Assembly (NCBI GenBank): GCA_963677485.1
Contig: OY781964.1
Location: 4,064,001 to 4,128,000 of the forward strand
Source of the DNA: Armatimonadota bacterium
GTDB taxonomy: Bacteria; Armatimonadota; HRBIN16
Reading direction: 5' to 3'
DNA: 64,000 bases
Part shown: positions 48,546-57,530 of the stretch, piece by piece
How positions within the stretch are numbered: the first letter of the stretch is position 1
Layout: each line of letters starts with the position of its first letter
Notes under the pieces: model-generated
What the model was told of the DNA's origin: nothing
What the model saw: the letters and a program-made list of their open reading frames with translations, nothing else
Databases searched by the model: none
Made by a program: the position numbers and the translations under genes

Positions 48546-50135
48546 ATGTCGATTAATGGCACCGTGCGCCATATTCCGGAATACTCCGAATACACTAGCA
48601 CCATGCGTTGGCTCATACTGATAGCCTTGATGCTGGGCACGATGATGCAGGTGATCGACACCACCATCGTGAGCGTGGCGATCCCGCAGATGATGGGCAA
48701 CCTTGGTGTGACCGTCGATCAGATCGCTTGGGTGACCACGGGTTATATCATCTCCACCGTGATTGTGCTGCCGTTGACAGGTTGGTTGTCCTCGTTTTAT
48801 GGCCGCAAGAACTACCTCACCGCCTCAATCATCATATTTACCGTCTCCTCGTTTCTCTGCGGCATCTCCTGGGACCTCAACTCGCTGGTGTTCTTCCGCG
48901 TACTGCAGGGTCTGGGAGGCGCGGCACTTCTTTCCGTAGCGCAAGCCGTCATCATGGAGATATTCCCACCGGCGCAGGTAGGTATGGTGCAGGCGATTTA
49001 CGGTCTGGGTGTAATTGCCGGCCCTACCATCGGGCCAACCCTGGGCGGGTGGATTACGGACAACTATAACTGGCCCTGGATATTCTTCATCAATGTGCCC
49101 ATTGGTATCATCGCTGCCACCATGACATTTATGTTCATCCACAACTCGAAGCACCAGACACCATCCAGCCGTGTCGACTTTATAGGCATCGGGTTGATGG
49201 CCGTTGGCTTGGGCACCATGCAGACCATTCTGGAGAAGGGCCACCGAGAGGGCTGGTATGAATCGCCGCTCATCATTTGGATGACCATCATCTCGATTGC
49301 CACGCTGATTGCGTTTGTGGTCTGGGAACTCCGGATAGATCATCCGGCAGTCAACTTGCGGGTGCTAAAAAACCGCGGTCTGGCCGCTGGGTCGCTTTTT
49401 GGCGCGGTGCTTGGGTTTGGGCTGTTCGGAGGCACCTTTGTCATCCCCCTGTTTCTACAGGGAGTCAGGCATTACACCGCCCAGCAATCCGGATTCATGC
49501 TGTTACCAGGAGCGCTGGCCACCGCCTTTGTGATGCCCATAGTGGGCAGGCTTGTTTCCAAGGTGTCGTCGCGCTTGCTGGTGGCCCTGGGAGCGGTTGG
49601 GTTTGTGATCTCTATGTTTATGCTTCAGACCATGACCATGGACACCGGCCCGGATCAGATGTTCTGGCCTCTGGTCATCCGAGGCGCATCCATGGGGTTT
49701 CTATTTGTGCCTCTGACCATGGCCACACTGCTGGGTCTTCGAGGCCGTGATATCTCGGAGGGTTCCGGGTTGTTCAACCTGACGCGGCAGGTCGGCGGCA
49801 GCATGGGCATCGCCGTTCTATCAACTATGGTTGATCATCGCACCATTATGCATAGAGCGAACCTGGTGGAGTATGTCAGCTTGTTGAATCCGATCGCATT
49901 GGAGCGGTTGCGCGGAGTTCAGATGATGCTGATGTCCAAAGGTGCATCGCTGGAGGCCGCGCGTCTTGGTGCGTTGAAGATGATCGACGGTGCCGTCCAT
50001 GGTCAGGCCACCATCATGGCGTTTGAGGATGTGTTCCATTTCGTGGCTGTGTTCTTCCTGTGTGCGCTCCCGCTTCTGCTACTGTTCAACAAGGGAAAAG
50101 CATCCAGGCAGGCAGGCCCAGGGCCGATTGACTGA
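48546..50135 (+). CDS. DHA2-family (EmrB/QacA-like) 14-TM MFS efflux permease
   Basis: IDTTIVSVAIP, WVTTGY, FRVLQGLGG, GPTLGGWITDNYNWPWIFFINVPIG and NLTRQVGGS motifs. Confidence 0.93.
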   Translation: MSINGTVRHIPEYSEYTSTMRWLILIALMLGTMMQVIDTTIVSVAIPQMMGNLGVTVDQIAWVTTGYIISTVIVLPLTGWLSSFYGRKNYLTASIIIFTVSSFLCGISWDLNSLVFFRVLQGLGGAALLSVAQAVIMEIFPPAQVGMVQAIYGLGVIAGPTIGPTLGGWITDNYNWPWIFFINVPIGIIAATMTFMFIHNSKHQTPSSRVDFIGIGLMAVGLGTMQTILEKGHREGWYESPLIIWMTIISIATLIAFVVWELRIDHPAVNLRVLKNRGLAAGSLFGAVLGFGLFGGTFVIPLFLQGVRHYTAQQSGFMLLPGALATAFVMPIVGRLVSKVSSRLLVALGAVGFVISMFMLQTMTMDTGPDQMFWPLVIRGASMGFLFVPLTMATLLGLRGRDISEGSGLFNLTRQVGGSMGIAVLSTMVDHRTIMHRANLVEYVSLLNPIALERLRGVQMMLMSKGASLEAARLGALKMIDGAVHGQATIMAFEDVFHFVAVFFLCALPLLLLFNKGKASRQAGPGPID

Positions 50136-50260
50136 TGGCATATTCCAGCCGATACTGGCAGAGCAACTTATAGATAACATCCGCCAGAAAAGATCGGATT
50201 TCACTGTATACATAACGCTAACCCGTCTAGGTGTATAAACCATACCTGAAGGAGATTTCC

Positions 50261-51856
50261 GTGAGCAACAAAGAGACTGCTGATACCAACGAAAGACGTA
50301 AGTCCAACACTTTGTCTGGCTACTTACGTGACAGAAGGGATTCTGGACCAAACGGAGCATTTGTCACCCTCGGTGTAGTGGTGCTCATCGCTGCCGTGGT
50401 TGCATTAGGATACCACTACTGGAAATATGCATCCACTCACGTGGGCACCGATGATGCGTATCTGACGGCTAACATCGTGCAGATAGCTCCACAGGTGAGC
50501 GGCACCGTGACGCAAGTCTACGTCGATGACAATGAACCCGTCAAGCGGGGACAGCTTATCGCCGTTCTCGATGACGCACCTTACCAGGCGGCCGTCAGAC
50601 AGGCCGAAGCAAACCTCAATGCGGCGCTGGCCGCTGTGGACAGCAGCAACATCAACGTTGCTCTGACCGGCGACACCGGCAATGCACAGATCAAACAGTC
50701 AGAGGCCAATGTCGCCCAGGTGGAGGGAGCCGTTGGTAGTTCGCTGGCGGATGTCCAGCGCATCAAGGCGCAGGTCGGACAGGCGAATGCGACGGCAGCG
50801 GGAGTAAAGGCGAACATTAACACCGCTGAGGCTGGTGTCCAAGCGGCGATCGCTATGAAGCAGCGCGCCGATGCTTCCATGGATTCGGCATCAGCCCAAG
50901 TGCTCACAGCGGAAGCCGGCGTCAGGTCTGCGCAGGCCTCACTGGAATCCGCCAAAGCGATCTGCGAGAAGGCGATCCGCGATAATGAGCGGTATCAAAA
51001 GCTTGTAGCCCGCAGCGTGATCGGCACACAAATGGCAGAACAGGCTGCTGTTGCGGAGCAGACCGCCAAGTCGCAGCTTCAAGCCGCACTTGAGCAGGTG
51101 AACTCCAGTAAGGCGGCTTTGAGTTCCAAAAAGGCCGAATTACGAGCCGCGAAGGAACAGGTGAACGCGGCACTAGCGACTGTTGATCAGCAGCGTTCGT
51201 TATACGCGGCTTCGAAGCAGCAGTACCTGGCGGCAGATGCGGGCGTGGCTCAAGCCAAAGCTCAGTTACAGTCATCTGTCATGTCTGTGACACAGTCTCA
51301 GGCCCGACACAAACAGTCGCTGGCCCAACTGGATCAGTCCAACACTGCACCCAAGCTACTGAAAATGAGTATGGCGACCGCTCATCAAGCGCAAGCCAAA
51401 GTGGACCAGTTGCGGGCAGCGCTGGTCGATGCGAAGCTGAAGCTGTCATATACTCGTATCCTGGCACCGGTAGATGGGCGCGTGAGCAAGAAAAGCATCA
51501 ATGAGGGCGTGCTGGTGCAACCTGGCACACCTTTGATGGCCATCATACCTCCACCATCCCAGAACATGTGGGTTGTGGCGAACCTGAAAGAAACCCAACT
51601 TGCACATGTCGCAGTGGGACAGCATGCGGTGATCACGGTAGACAGCTACCCAGGTATGTCGTTCAATGCCACAGTTGGCAGCATCTCTGCAGGCACTGGT
51701 GCGAGTTTCTCACTGCTTCCACCTGATAATGCGACAGGCAACTTCACCAAGGTCGTGCAGCGGGTACCTGTGAAACTCATCATGGATCCTGGTCAGAAAG
51801 ACATAGATCGATTACGCAACGGGATGTCTGTGGCTGTGAACATCACGTTAAAATAG
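50261..51856 (+). CDS. EmrA/HlyD-family periplasmic adaptor with a very long coiled coil
   Basis: TDDAY, IAPQVSG, YTRILAPVDG, WVVANLKETQL and FSLLPPDNATGNFTKVVQRVPV motifs; GTG start after AAGGAG. Confidence 0.93.
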   Translation: MSNKETADTNERRKSNTLSGYLRDRRDSGPNGAFVTLGVVVLIAAVVALGYHYWKYASTHVGTDDAYLTANIVQIAPQVSGTVTQVYVDDNEPVKRGQLIAVLDDAPYQAAVRQAEANLNAALAAVDSSNINVALTGDTGNAQIKQSEANVAQVEGAVGSSLADVQRIKAQVGQANATAAGVKANINTAEAGVQAAIAMKQRADASMDSASAQVLTAEAGVRSAQASLESAKAICEKAIRDNERYQKLVARSVIGTQMAEQAAVAEQTAKSQLQAALEQVNSSKAALSSKKAELRAAKEQVNAALATVDQQRSLYAASKQQYLAADAGVAQAKAQLQSSVMSVTQSQARHKQSLAQLDQSNTAPKLLKMSMATAHQAQAKVDQLRAALVDAKLKLSYTRILAPVDGRVSKKSINEGVLVQPGTPLMAIIPPPSQNMWVVANLKETQLAHVAVGQHAVITVDSYPGMSFNATVGSISAGTGASFSLLPPDNATGNFTKVVQRVPVKLIMDPGQKDIDRLRNGMSVAVNITLK

Positions 51857-51884
51857 CGGGATGTGTCGAGGAATATGGAGGTAT

Positions 51885-53225
51885 ATGATGAATCACACTC
51901 TTAAGATCGGCCTCTGCAGGGTGACTGGATCGGCTCTCCTGGTATACGGTTTTCTGACGGCATCTATGGCCAAGCCGGTGAGTATAGACGAATGCGTTCA
52001 GACGGCGCTTGTTCAGAACCGGTCTGTACTTCAGTCTGAGCAGAACGCGAAAAGTGCGGCTGGTAAAGTGAAAGAGCTGGCCGGAGCCGGGCTTCCTAAG
52101 CTCAGTGTTTTCGGTGTCGCCAGCCAGAGAACGGACGAGATCACGGTTCCTCTGGCGGTGGACATCGACGCCAACATGAAGCTGGTGACGGTCGACGCTC
52201 CGCTGGTGCCCAGCTACGTGGCCTCGGCAGGCGTGGCACTGACGCAGGTGCTGGATGTGAGCGGCCTCACCCGCACCGGCGTGAATGTGGCCCGGCTTGG
52301 CGAAAAGGTGGCAATGCTGGATATCGGGCGCACACGCAATGATGTGGTGCTTCTGACGAAGCTGGCGTATTACGATGTGCTCCGTAGCGATGAACTCGTG
52401 GCGGTGGCGCAGGAAGTGATGAAGAACGCGCAGATACGCAAGAAGACCGCCGAAGCGCTGGTGGAAACTGGGATCAGCTCTAAAGTAGATGTGATTCGCG
52501 CCGATGCTGCGATATATGCTGCCCAGCAGAACATCATCAGCTCGCAAAATGCACTGCAGGTGAGTAAGTCGGTGCTGAACCGCGTGCTTGGGCAGGATGT
52601 GAACGCACCGATTGACCTGGTGAAGCCTGATGACGTTAGTGTGAACTATCCGAGTTATGATGAGTGTCTGACGGAGGCACTTGCCAACCGTCCCGAGGTG
52701 GCGATGGCCTCCACCGCGATTGATGTCTCCAAAGGGCGTCACAAGCTGGCGAAGCGCGGGATGGCTCCAGGAGTCTTGCTGAGTGCTGCAGCGCAGTCTG
52801 ACGTCGCGCACGGTAGTCCCAGCGACGAGAACGCCTCCATTGGCGTGAAGATCAGCATCCCGCTCTCCGATGGCGGTGAAACCAGAGGCCGTGCAGAACA
52901 GGCGGCGTCGGAGATACAGTCTGCGATCATCGCCGACGCTGAGATGAAAGCACAGGTCTCGCTGCAGGTCAAGAGCGCCTATGTTCACATACAGAACGCG
53001 GCCGAGAAGCTTAGCACCGCAAACAAGCAGTTGGAGCAGGCGGCTGAGAGCCTTCGGCTGTCGCGCGAACGGTATGAAGAGGGTATGGCCAGCCAGGTTG
53101 AGCTAAGCGATGCTGAGCTGTTATATACGCAGGCCCAAACCAGCGTGGTCAACGCCCGGTATGAGCAGTTCGGCACTCAAGCGGAGCTGGATAGAGCACT
53201 GGGCAAAAACGCGCATAGTCATTGA
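51885..53225 (+). CDS. TolC-family outer membrane efflux protein
   Basis: Signal peptide; ALANRPE, IPLSDGG and ERYEEGMASQVELSDAE motifs. Confidence 0.9.
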   Translation: MMNHTLKIGLCRVTGSALLVYGFLTASMAKPVSIDECVQTALVQNRSVLQSEQNAKSAAGKVKELAGAGLPKLSVFGVASQRTDEITVPLAVDIDANMKLVTVDAPLVPSYVASAGVALTQVLDVSGLTRTGVNVARLGEKVAMLDIGRTRNDVVLLTKLAYYDVLRSDELVAVAQEVMKNAQIRKKTAEALVETGISSKVDVIRADAAIYAAQQNIISSQNALQVSKSVLNRVLGQDVNAPIDLVKPDDVSVNYPSYDECLTEALANRPEVAMASTAIDVSKGRHKLAKRGMAPGVLLSAAAQSDVAHGSPSDENASIGVKISIPLSDGGETRGRAEQAASEIQSAIIADAEMKAQVSLQVKSAYVHIQNAAEKLSTANKQLEQAAESLRLSRERYEEGMASQVELSDAELLYTQAQTSVVNARYEQFGTQAELDRALGKNAHSH

Positions 53226-53324
53226 TGTAGATTAACTAATCAGCGGTTTAGATAGCCAGCACAGCTGCTCCGAGTGCAGTAAATGTATGTATTACAATGA
53301 ACAGACGCGGAGACGGGAAATGAT

Positions 53325-54089
53325 ATGGAAACATTACACGATGCAGAGCACGATGCAGAGCAAGCGCATCTGGCTAAGGTCGCACTTGAACACGATGATG
53401 CGGATACACGCAGAGATGCTGTTGACCGAATAATCGATCAGCCGTTGTTGGCGATGCTTGCATTGGAGGCTGATGATGTCGTGGTACGCAAAATCGCCTT
53501 CGCTAAGTTAACAGATCATGATTTGGTTTTGAAGCTGGCTCGTGATGCCAATGAGATATATGCACGCAGGATTGAGACACTAAACATGGCCGAACAGGCC
53601 AGACTGGCAGGCATTGCCGAGGGACAGAATAGCGTTGCTGTCAGAAAATCGGCTATACGGCAGCTTGCCGATCAGTCTGTGTTAATGCGTTTGGCGCGAA
53701 CAGATGAAAACACCGATATACGCATTACGGCACTCAGAAAAATGAACAATCAGGCTGCCTTCACCGAATTGGCCTTTTCCGACAAAGATGAGTGTGTGCG
53801 TATGGATGCCGTAAAACACCTTTCTAGTGATGTCCTACTTGAGAAGCTGGCCCTGGAGGACGAATCTGCACGCGTCAGGAACGTGGCAATCTGGCATATC
53901 GACGATCAAACAATGCTTGCGAACCTGGCACTTACTGCGTCAAGAATCGACGTTCGCAAGACCTCCGTTACTCGCCTAACTGACCGTCTATTGTTGACCA
54001 CATTGGCTCAAAGTGATGGAGACGAACAGGTCCGAAAACTAGCTGCGAAGAGGTTAAGGGATATCGAAGCTGATTCGCATCCGGTCTAG
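53325..54089 (+). CDS. HEAT/PBS-like helical repeat protein (~9 x 26-aa repeats)
   Basis: Repeating D-x3-VR-x2-A-x3-L-x-D-Q-x2-L-x2-LA unit. Confidence 0.75.
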   Translation: METLHDAEHDAEQAHLAKVALEHDDADTRRDAVDRIIDQPLLAMLALEADDVVVRKIAFAKLTDHDLVLKLARDANEIYARRIETLNMAEQARLAGIAEGQNSVAVRKSAIRQLADQSVLMRLARTDENTDIRITALRKMNNQAAFTELAFSDKDECVRMDAVKHLSSDVLLEKLALEDESARVRNVAIWHIDDQTMLANLALTASRIDVRKTSVTRLTDRLLLTTLAQSDGDEQVRKLAAKRLRDIEADSHPV

Positions 54090-54147
54090 AACCTTTATGA
54101 TTCATGAAAAGGTAGAGATAACCAAGCTGCCATCCCTACGCTAGAAA

Positions 54148-55680
54148 TCACTTCACGACGATCACCTGTGACGCTTTGTGCTGCTGCCCAAAGTAGTCGG
54201 TGGCGGTGAAGTGCATGGTGGTGCTGCCACGCTTCATACCTGACGGAAGTGAGCATTGCCACAGGTGCGGGTTTTTACTTCCATTCCACAATGCATACGC
54301 CGTTGCTGCGACCTCACCCTTTGGCGTCCAGCCTTTTTCGGTGCGCGACATCGGCAAGACAGGGAAACCTGCGATTTGCATCTCAATCTTGGCGCCTTCG
54401 CTGCCCACAAAGAAGTTCACCAGCACATCAGTCGAACCTGCATCCGCCGCAGACACGACGTCTGGTGCAGCGATCTGCATCTGGTAATCGGTGGGCTTGC
54501 GGGCGGCCTTATATCGAATGCTGAAGCGGTTGCCGTTAAAATGCACTGTGGCGTAGCCGTTGGGAGTGCCATCGCTCATCATCGCATTCGGGATGCCAGT
54601 CTCATCAACTGCGCCGCCCCACCAGTTGCCGCAGGATGTGCCCAGCACCACATTCAACAACGGCTGCGGTTGGTCCCAGCCCACGCTTTTACCCATCTGG
54701 CTGAAATATTGGTTGTGCCAGTGGGCAGACATCGCCAGAAGGTTCGGATGATCAGCCAGAAGTGCGAACAGCTTTTTACGGTTGTCCGCTTCCATCTCGG
54801 AAAATGGGATGTGTGACAACATGACCACCAGTTGGTCTTTGGGCAGGAAAGTAAGGTCGGATTTGATGAAATACATCTGCTGGATGCCGATGCTTCCTGT
54901 GTATGTTCTAAAGTCAACCGTAGAGAATGCCGGATTGTCGATGACGAGGAAATGCACCTTCCCCACATCATACGAGTAATAAGAAGGGCCAAAATGCCGT
55001 TCGAAGGTCTCATTGATATATTTGGAGTGTTCATATCCGTCGTAGTTGGTGTCGTGATTCCCTTTGACGTAATACTGTGGGTTGCCGATCTGGCCCATCA
55101 CGGGGATGATATCTTTATATACAGAGAGATCGTCGAACACGATGTCACCAAGAATGGCGGTGAAAGCCGCTTTGGTGCCGATCAGCTCCGCCACGATGTC
55201 GCGCGATAGGTAACCCACCTCTTTGGCGTTCCGCACCTGGGTATCACCCAAGATGATCGCATCGAACTGGCTGGGCTCCGACACGGGCGTTAAAGGAAAG
55301 TCGATGCTGGTTGGCAGGGGACCAGTCGGCTTATTCCCGGCGTATTTCAGTTTTGGAGAGCCAGACGGTTTATAAGTGTAGAAGAACTTTGGGCGGTTCT
55401 GCGCGTCTACGGGTGGCTTCCACTGACTGGGTTTGATGACAAAGATGATATCACCATCGCGGATTGGCAACTGGTATGTGCCGTCTTTGTCGGTGGTGGT
55501 GATGACACGTCCGTTGCTGACGCGCACATCAGGCAAACCTGGTTCGTTGAGTTCACGCGTCTTGTTGGCGTTGAGGTCACTATAGACAATGCCTTGTGCC
55601 CAGGTGGTGTCAGCGTGAGATATCATCGGGCTGCTGGCCTGCAGCGACAATGCGATCATGACTATTACGGGATGCTTCAT
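54148..55680 (-). CDS. Secreted calcineurin-like metallophosphoesterase with N-terminal SdrD/Cna-B-like domain
   Basis: GDTQ, GDIVFD, GNHD, SHIP and SAHWH metal motifs; DGTPNGY; VYSDLNANKTRELNEPGL; AGGAG before ATG 55680. Confidence 0.88.
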   Translation of the reverse strand: MKHPVIVMIALSLQASSPMISHADTTWAQGIVYSDLNANKTRELNEPGLPDVRVSNGRVITTTDKDGTYQLPIRDGDIIFVIKPSQWKPPVDAQNRPKFFYTYKPSGSPKLKYAGNKPTGPLPTSIDFPLTPVSEPSQFDAIILGDTQVRNAKEVGYLSRDIVAELIGTKAAFTAILGDIVFDDLSVYKDIIPVMGQIGNPQYYVKGNHDTNYDGYEHSKYINETFERHFGPSYYSYDVGKVHFLVIDNPAFSTVDFRTYTGSIGIQQMYFIKSDLTFLPKDQLVVMLSHIPFSEMEADNRKKLFALLADHPNLLAMSAHWHNQYFSQMGKSVGWDQPQPLLNVVLGTSCGNWWGGAVDETGIPNAMMSDGTPNGYATVHFNGNRFSIRYKAARKPTDYQMQIAAPDVVSAADAGSTDVLVNFFVGSEGAKIEMQIAGFPVLPMSRTEKGWTPKGEVAATAYALWNGSKNPHLWQCSLPSGMKRGSTTMHFTATDYFGQQHKASQVIVVK

Positions 55681-55742
55681 GTTCACTCCTCGACGGAAAT
55701 CTAGTATGTAACTGCTCGTTATAAAGATCATGCCGCCAAACT

Positions 55743-55995
55743 GCGACGGGTTCCATCAGCCCGCTAAAGCAGGCCTCGTCACCCGTCGCTTATCATCTGG
55801 CTGTCCGCTGAAGCGGACGCGGGGATACGCCCTGCGCCGGCCGGAGCGAAGCGACGCCGGCCGCTAATGATCAGCCACGCGGTGAGGAAATCCTCGTAGG
55901 GACGCCAGTCCCGTGGGGTGACTGAACCCGTGGCCATTTGCCGAAATCATCAGTTACACCATGGGCTGCCGGGCATGCACGGGCGGGTGCTTGTT
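55743..55995. repeat. Multi-hairpin intergenic element (REP-like composite or structured RNA)
   Basis: GCGACGGG/CCCGTCGC, GTCCGCTGAAGCGGAC, GGCCGG-AGCGAAGCGA-CCGGCC and GCCACG/CGTGGC stems, plus the GGGCTGCCG motif copy. Confidence 0.5.
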
Positions 55996-56122
55996 ATTAA
56001 TATGTTACCGCTAACGCGGGAACACTGGGCGGCTTAACCCAGGTAGGTTAATGTAATAGCGGTACAATAACCGTAGGATCATAGCGCAAATTGACCATGA
56101 GTATGATCACGAGGAGACACCG

Positions 56123-57496
56123 ATGAAAAAGAGTGTGGTAAGCTGCCTGACCATGATGCTGGCGTTGTTGATTGTCAATACTGCGATGGCACAGACAGGA
56201 AATGAGATTGTCCGCGCGTTAAAAAGCAACCCTGTCTATATCAGCCCGAGTATGGAAGGGACGGCGGACGTCGCAAAACTTGAGTCTGTTGTCAGTAAAC
56301 TGAAGCCATTTAACACATATATAGTTGTGGTTCGGAATGTAAATGGCGGTTCTACGCGGCTGGATCAGCTATCCAAATGGCTCAGGACGCAGGTCGGTGT
56401 GAAGAACGGTGTGGTGATCGTGTTGAGCCAGACTGGTGTCCGGGCCAGCTCTGATCGTCGCACACCAGATGATGTGACCTCGGTGTTTCAGTCCACCAGA
56501 AGCCTGTATACCCGCGGTGATGCTACCGCGTTCTTGACGGCGTTCGCTGAGGGTATCGCCGCTGCACGAGCCACGTCACAGCCCATCTCCACGGGCATTG
56601 CTGGTCCAATCAACCTCTGGCCGGCTGTGGGCGGCATCGCACTGTTGGGCGGTGTGGCCTGGGTGGTGGTTCGCCGGAACCGCATGAAGGCGGTCCGTCA
56701 GTTTGCGGATAATCTGAAGCCCAAGCAGACGCAGGTGGTGGACAAGATCATGTCGCTGGACCGCGACATCCAGTTCCTTCCCACCAGCGAGGATGCGCTT
56801 CTGGCGCAGGAAGAGCGGCAAACCTCCGCGGAGCTGCTGGAAAAATCCACGGCCTTAATTAACACCGCCTCAAGGGCGGAGCAGGTGTGGCGTGCTGAAG
56901 AGCTGCTGGACCGCGCCATTGAGCGCACCCACCGATCTGAACTGTATGTGCAACGGGCGAAGGGTGAAAAGGTGGATGTGCCGAAAGAGAGCGTTGAGGA
57001 GAAGATGCGCGACAAGAAGGAGTTCCGCTTAAACGGCTGCTTCTTCTGCAGCAAACCCGAAGGCGTGAACATGGAGCCGGTGGAGATGACGCTGGGGAAC
57101 ACCCAGAAGCGTGTGTATGCCTGCCATGATTGCGCGGAGAAAGTGAAGCGCGGTGAACAACCGCTGATGGCCACCATATCCAGTGGTGACCGCCGGCGAC
57201 CATGGTATGAGGCGGATGACTACGACCCTCGCTACCAGTACGGCAGCTATGGCGGTATGGATATGTTCAGCATGATGGTGATGAGTGACATCATGTTTGG
57301 CGGTTGGGGTCATGCCGGTTACGGCAACAATGGCGGCTGGAACGATAATTCCGGCGGGTTTGGTGACGGCAACAGCGGTGCAGATAACGTGGACTTCGGC
57401 AACACCGACTTCGGCGGCGATGCTGGCGGAGGCGATTTTGACATCGGCGGTTTTGACGGCGGCGACATCGGCGACATCGGCGGCGGCGATTTCTAG
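56123..57496 (+). CDS. Membrane-anchored TPM-like protein with cytoplasmic coiled coil, Cys4 zinc finger and Gly/Asp-rich tail
   Basis: Signal peptide, one TM helix, CFFC...CHDC, terminal GGDF/GGDI repeats. Confidence 0.6.
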   Translation: MKKSVVSCLTMMLALLIVNTAMAQTGNEIVRALKSNPVYISPSMEGTADVAKLESVVSKLKPFNTYIVVVRNVNGGSTRLDQLSKWLRTQVGVKNGVVIVLSQTGVRASSDRRTPDDVTSVFQSTRSLYTRGDATAFLTAFAEGIAAARATSQPISTGIAGPINLWPAVGGIALLGGVAWVVVRRNRMKAVRQFADNLKPKQTQVVDKIMSLDRDIQFLPTSEDALLAQEERQTSAELLEKSTALINTASRAEQVWRAEELLDRAIERTHRSELYVQRAKGEKVDVPKESVEEKMRDKKEFRLNGCFFCSKPEGVNMEPVEMTLGNTQKRVYACHDCAEKVKRGEQPLMATISSGDRRRPWYEADDYDPRYQYGSYGGMDMFSMMVMSDIMFGGWGHAGYGNNGGWNDNSGGFGDGNSGADNVDFGNTDFGGDAGGGDFDIGGFDGGDIGDIGGGDF

Positions 57497-57530
57497 CGAT
57501 TACCCGGATTGGGAAGGGCTCACAGGAACG

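Noticed and set aside
51843-52988. Long antisense ORFs (381 aa opposite tolC, 303 aa opposite ffh, 286 aa opposite URO-D)
   Set aside because: Shadow ORFs expected from GC-rich codon bias on the coding strand; no recognisable motifs.
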